A stretch of DNA of 49,727 nucleotides, filler included, from Actinomycetota bacterium (GTDB lineage: Bacteria > Actinomycetota > CADDZG01 > JAHWKV01 > JAOPZY01), in the NCBI GenBank assembly GCA_025963875.1. It is 3 parts of 3 records of this genome, joined end to end, with 100 filler letters (N's around TTAATTAATTAA, not from the genome) between each part and the next. Parts side by side here need not be neighbours in the genome. Positions count along the whole stretch, not along the records: positions 35,603 to 49,727 come from JAOPZY010000106.1; 2 more parts are not named here. One strand, written 5' to 3'. Positions 45,874 to 49,727 of this stretch are shown in pieces (within the stretch, counting starts at the first letter, position 1; each line of letters begins with the position of its first letter). The notes beneath the pieces were generated by a model. It had not been told where the DNA came from. It saw nothing but the letters and a program-made list of their open reading frames with translations, and searched no databases. Position numbers and translations under genes: made by a program.

Positions 45874-47492
45874 TCGACGCTGCCGACGGCCTGCCCAGGC
45901 CAGTTCCCATGGCTTTGGAAAAGCCCAAGCGCCGCAACGTCTTTGCGCTCGGCGGCGCCCAGCTCATCACGTGGTCCATCACCCTGCTCTGGACCTTCAT
46001 CGTGCCCCGCCACCTCGGTGCAGCGGGGTGGGGACTGCTGGTAACGGGGTCCTCCATCGGCGGGCTCCTCATCGTGCTGATGGGCTCGGGCACCGGCAAC
46101 TACCTGGTCCGCCAGTTCGTGCGGGATCCGCAGAAGGCGCCGTCGCTGCTCGGCACTTCGTTGGTTACTCGCGTCGCCCTGGTGATTCCCGGGGCGGCGG
46201 TGCTCGTCCTGTACCTGAAGATCGCCGCCTTCTCAGGACAGGCGAGCCTCATCATCGCCATCGGAGCGGCGGTGGCGGTCTTCGCCCTCCTCCAAGAGCC
46301 CCTGGACTCGGTCTTCCAAGCGGTAGAGCGGATGGAATACCTGGCCGCCGGGGATGTTGCGGACAAGGTAATGCAGTCAACGCTGGCCATCGGCTTGGTG
46401 CTGCTGGGCTTCGGGGTCACATACGTCGCCGTCTCGTCCCTTTGCGTGGCCGCCTTCGTCTTCGTCCTCAAGGCCGGCTGGGCCCGGAAGTTCTACAGGC
46501 CCGAGCTGCGGACAACCCTGCCGAAGGCCCGGCTGCTGGCGCGCGAGAGCCTCCCCTACTGGACCATGAGCCTGTTTCTCACGCTCTACGTCTGGATCGA
46601 TACGGCCATGCTTTCGGTGATGGCGCCGGCCAAGGTCGTCGGCTGGTACGGCGTTCCGACCCGGCTCTTTGGTACGTTCCAATTCGCCGGCAACATGCTG
46701 GCGACGCTGTGGCTGCCCCGCCTCATCCGGGCCCACGAACAGCCAGGGAGTCACTTCAAGCGGGTAGCCGGTGTCCCTCTCGGCCAGGCCCTGTTGTTGA
46801 GCCTGCCGCTCGCCGCCGGGGGGGCGGTCGTCGCCGGCCCGCTCATCCGCACGCTGTTCGGACCAGACTTCGCAGGGTCAGTCCCAGCGATGGCGATCCT
46901 GGCACTGTGCCTCGTCCCCCTCTACCTCAACATCATGGCCTACACCGTGCTGGTGGCCGAGGGGCGACAGGTGGTCTGGACCAAGATCATCATGAGCGCC
47001 AGCATCGTCAACCCGCTGTTGAACCTGGTTGCGATCCACTTCTTCCAGACGCGCCATGGCAACGGCGCGACCGGGGCAGCCCTGAGCCTGCTGGCGACGG
47101 AGGTGCTGATCTCTGCGGTAAGTCTCCGGGTGGCCACCCGGGGAATCCTCAGCCGTCAGAACATCCTGCAACTGCTTCGTTGCCTCCTGGCCTCTGCCGT
47201 CATGGCCGTCTGCGTCTACATGGCCAGGTCCCTCGGTCTGATCCCGCAGGGGCTCATTGGTGTTGCGGTCTTCGGCGTGCTGGCCGTGGCCCTGCGGGTG
47301 CCGAGCCCGGAGGATATGGCAACGGCCCGGGCCATCATCCGCCGGCGCCTGCGGCGCTCAGGACCTGAGATGCCACCACCAGTTCCCGGCGAAGGACCGT
47401 TGGAGGAGGCGGATCCTGTGCGCGGCCAGGTCGGGGAACCAGAGCGGGGCGAGCCTGGGTGCCAACCCGGCGGCGGCCCTGCGCAGACGTAG
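45870..47492 (+). CDS. Wzx-like oligosaccharide flippase (MOP superfamily)
   Basis: About 14 TM helices, R.LG..G.G, ID..ML, VGWY, LLNL, GA.GAA motifs. Confidence 0.88.
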   Translation: MIDAADGLPRPVPMALEKPKRRNVFALGGAQLITWSITLLWTFIVPRHLGAAGWGLLVTGSSIGGLLIVLMGSGTGNYLVRQFVRDPQKAPSLLGTSLVTRVALVIPGAAVLVLYLKIAAFSGQASLIIAIGAAVAVFALLQEPLDSVFQAVERMEYLAAGDVADKVMQSTLAIGLVLLGFGVTYVAVSSLCVAAFVFVLKAGWARKFYRPELRTTLPKARLLARESLPYWTMSLFLTLYVWIDTAMLSVMAPAKVVGWYGVPTRLFGTFQFAGNMLATLWLPRLIRAHEQPGSHFKRVAGVPLGQALLLSLPLAAGGAVVAGPLIRTLFGPDFAGSVPAMAILALCLVPLYLNIMAYTVLVAEGRQVVWTKIIMSASIVNPLLNLVAIHFFQTRHGNGATGAALSLLATEVLISAVSLRVATRGILSRQNILQLLRCLLASAVMAVCVYMARSLGLIPQGLIGVAVFGVLAVALRVPSPEDMATARAIIRRRLRRSGPEMPPPVPGEGPLEEADPVRGQVGEPERGEPGCQPGGGPAQT

Positions 47493-48452
47493 GCGCCGGT
47501 ACTCCCCCAGCCGGTGAGCGCCCGGGTAGATCTCTGACGCGAAATCGACGAGCTGACCCACGGTCTCCTCGTCGGCCTCGCCCCGGTCGTAGGCACGGCA
47601 CACCCCCCAGAGGATCTCCTGGGCGATGCCCCTCGTTGCCAGCTCGTGGAGGCGTACCGCCTCTGATGCCACGTCCGCCGGCGCATCCTCGAACGCCGAG
47701 GCGTAGGCGCGCGTGCGCTCCCTGGCATCGGCCAGCGCGGTGGAGAATTGGCTCTTCGACATGCTCGCCGCATGCACCCGGTAGTACGCGTGGTCGGCAT
47801 CGACGTACGCCACATCGGCCCGCAGGGCAAATCGCAGCCACATCTCCGTGTCCCCGCTGTGCGGCAGCTCGGGCCGGTAGCCACCGGTCTCCTGCTGGAG
47901 CTCCGTCCTGGCCACCACCTCGGGAGAGACGATGCCGCCCCGGCCGATCTCGCAGCGCGACCTTGCCCACTCGATCCCATCCCAGACCACGTGCTGGCCC
48001 GTCCTGGTGCTCGGCGCAGGCAGGGGGGGTTTCGTGAAGTAGACGGTGCGCCCGTAGACGAACCCCACCTTCGGATACCGAACGAAGACGGCGGTCGCGC
48101 GGGCGAGCGCGCCCGGCACGAGCAGGTCGTCGGCCGAGAGCAGGACGGTGTAGTCCCCCTTGCACAGCGCAAGGCCCTCGTTGTAGGTGGCGATGTGTCC
48201 GCAGTTGCGTTCGTGGGCCAGCACCTGAACGCGCTCGTCACGCTCGGCGATGCCCTTGGCGATTTCCACGCTGCCGTCCGGTGAGGCATCGTCGATGATC
48301 AACACGTCGACGTCGACGCCCTCCTGGGACAGGACACTGCCGACGCACCCCTCAAGGTAATGGCCGTAGTTGTAGCAGGGGACGACGACGCTGACGCGGG
48401 CATCCGCGGGCCCCGGCGGCAGACGTGCTCCGCGTTTCGGTGACCGGTTCAC
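47358..48452 (-). CDS. Glycosyltransferase family 2
   Basis: VSVVVPCYNYG, IIDDASPDGS, N.GHIATYNEG, LSADD, GD.EMWLR; TATGAT 6 nt before GTG 48452. Confidence 0.92.
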   Translation of the reverse strand: MNRSPKRGARLPPGPADARVSVVVPCYNYGHYLEGCVGSVLSQEGVDVDVLIIDDASPDGSVEIAKGIAERDERVQVLAHERNCGHIATYNEGLALCKGDYTVLLSADDLLVPGALARATAVFVRYPKVGFVYGRTVYFTKPPLPAPSTRTGQHVVWDGIEWARSRCEIGRGGIVSPEVVARTELQQETGGYRPELPHSGDTEMWLRFALRADVAYVDADHAYYRVHAASMSKSQFSTALADARERTRAYASAFEDAPADVASEAVRLHELATRGIAQEILWGVCRAYDRGEADEETVGQLVDFASEIYPGAHRLGEYRRLRLRRAAAGLAPRLAPLWFPDLAAHRIRLLQRSFAGNWWWHLRS

Positions 48453-48537
48453 CGTCCGATCATACGCGGGCAGCGCAGTGGCGGGCGACGTTGGTCGCGT
48501 TTCGCGCGCCGACGCGCGATCTGCCCCTAACCTGCCC

Positions 48538-49410
48538 TCAGGTGGGCCTGGTACCCGGCGCCGTGGCCGGCCCGGCCTGCGGACCTGCCGCAGCATGGAT
48601 GTCGAACCACTCTCCAAGACCCGCTGCGTCGAGTTCCCGGTCAATGGCCAAGAGGTGTTGCCACACGTCGAGTACCTCATCACAGGCCAGCCATCGGCCC
48701 GGGAGCTCGCGACCCAGCGGCCCAGAGCTCCCCGCCGGGAATCGCCATCCCCCGACGGAGCGGCTGCGGTAGTGCAGGCGATGGAGGCCGGCGGCGAGAA
48801 CCCGGGAACGAGGGCGAGTGTCCAGAATCGCCTTGCGGACTGCACCGTGCCAGACGACGTTGCGGGGCGTGATCTCGCGCCAGTCGTTCTGCCGGACGCA
48901 CTTGAACGCGCCATACCCCAGGTGTGAGAGGAAGTGGATGTCGGCGGCAGCGCCCAGATGCCCCTCGAACGATACGTAGCGAGGCACCGAGCTAGATCGC
49001 TCGAGCTCCCGTAGGCACAATGAGTCATTCATCTCGATGTCGATCTTGACGTAGGCCGGGGTCGGTAATTCGCTCAGAAGGTCGGCGAAACGAATCGTCG
49101 GCACCGAGATGCCGGAAGCTTGGGCACCTCCTTTCGTGGCGTTCGCCCGGTGAAAGGAACTCCACTCCGAACGATCCGAGACCCAGAACTCGAGCTCTCC
49201 AGCGAGGTCGGCGATCCCTACGTTCTGTATGGAAAGCCGTCCGGCGGCCACCTCAGGAGCAAAGCGCTTCCCAGCCAAGGCACACAGCGCCGGGTTCGCC
49301 TCAACCGCCACGACGTCGTAGCCACGCGTGAGATAGTAGGCGGTGTCGTCGCCGTTGTGCATGCCGACATCCAGTACGAGATCCCCCACAGTCCCCCCCG
49401 GGTCGCCCAT
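48538..49410 (-). CDS. FkbM family SAM-dependent methyltransferase
   Basis: LDVGMHNGDDT, VAVEANP, YVKIDIE, WFDIHA. Confidence 0.9.
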   Translation of the reverse strand: MGDPGGTVGDLVLDVGMHNGDDTAYYLTRGYDVVAVEANPALCALAGKRFAPEVAAGRLSIQNVGIADLAGELEFWVSDRSEWSSFHRANATKGGAQASGISVPTIRFADLLSELPTPAYVKIDIEMNDSLCLRELERSSSVPRYVSFEGHLGAAADIHFLSHLGYGAFKCVRQNDWREITPRNVVWHGAVRKAILDTRPRSRVLAAGLHRLHYRSRSVGGWRFPAGSSGPLGRELPGRWLACDEVLDVWQHLLAIDRELDAAGLGEWFDIHAAAGPQAGPATAPGTRPT

Positions 49411-49569
49411 TCCTTCAGGATTCTTATTGTTGTCTCGCTCACGGGGAAAGTCACGTGAGGGTTCCTTCAGAAGGCATGGGGTTTTCCGTCAAACTACGGT
49501 GCATTCAAGCCCCAGAATTGTGGTCGACGCAGGGAAGAGCGCCAGCCCAATCTGCGTCCCGCGGCGAGA

Positions 49570-49727
49570 CTAGGGCAGGGTGGCCAGGTGCGCCTGATAT
49601 CCGGCGCCCATGCCCGGGCAGGGCGTCCCGGCGTAGTCGGAGACCAGCACCGCACCGTTGCCGCAGCCCCAGGTGTCCCAGGTCCAGGCGAGGTAGCTGA
49701 TGCCCTTTGGTTCGGCCCAGGCCATGT
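49570..49727 (-). CDS. C-terminal fragment of a probable GH5 glycoside hydrolase (not in the ORF track)
   Basis: Manual translation MAWAEPKGISYLAWTWDTWGCGNGAVLVSDYAGTPCPGMGAGYQAHLATLP*; SYLAW.W..W and L.SDY.GTP resemble the end of GH5 barrels. Confidence 0.7.
   Translation of the reverse strand, partial: MAWAEPKGISYLAWTWDTWGCGNGAVLVSDYAGTPCPGMGAGYQAHLATLP

Overview
High-GC Actinomycetota-like DNA, probably from a MAG or draft assembly. It consists of three contigs joined by 100-nt N spacers carrying TTAATTAATTAA (gaps 28689-28788 and 35503-35602), so adjacency across the gaps is not biological. Contig 1 (1-28688) has a drug-type ABC exporter, a xylose-family sugar ABC importer, an orphan Rieske ferredoxin/reductase pair, and then the conserved actinobacterial block hup-cofC-plsC-ddl-thiL-thiD-rpmB-recG-rsmD-coaD-sepIVA-like-yceD-rpmF-rnc-mutM. 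That block carries extra genes: a stand-alone FrhB/FpoF-like F420 oxidoreductase, ArsR+MFS, a PRTase, a cyclophilin, dodecin, OsmC and an ASCH-like protein. Contig 2 has recO (partial), an orphan ModA-like lipoprotein, obg-proB-zwf, DUF192 and a PH-domain protein. Contig 3 has a ~2,700-aa secreted DMFase-like/DUF4082/FN3 protein heading a glycan locus (GTs, flippase, FkbM methyltransferase, GH5 fragment). The most striking unexplained structure is a dispersed family of 49-bp imperfect palindromes: six copies align without gaps, and more decayed ones cluster at recG-rsmD and recO-modA. Also seen: a second short dispersed repeat, a shared ArsR-type operator, pervasive leaderless-type promoters, and a 13-aa mini-ORF bridging two ABC genes. 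No rRNA, tRNA, CRISPR, transposase or prophage was recognised. All family calls are by eye from motifs; no searches were run.
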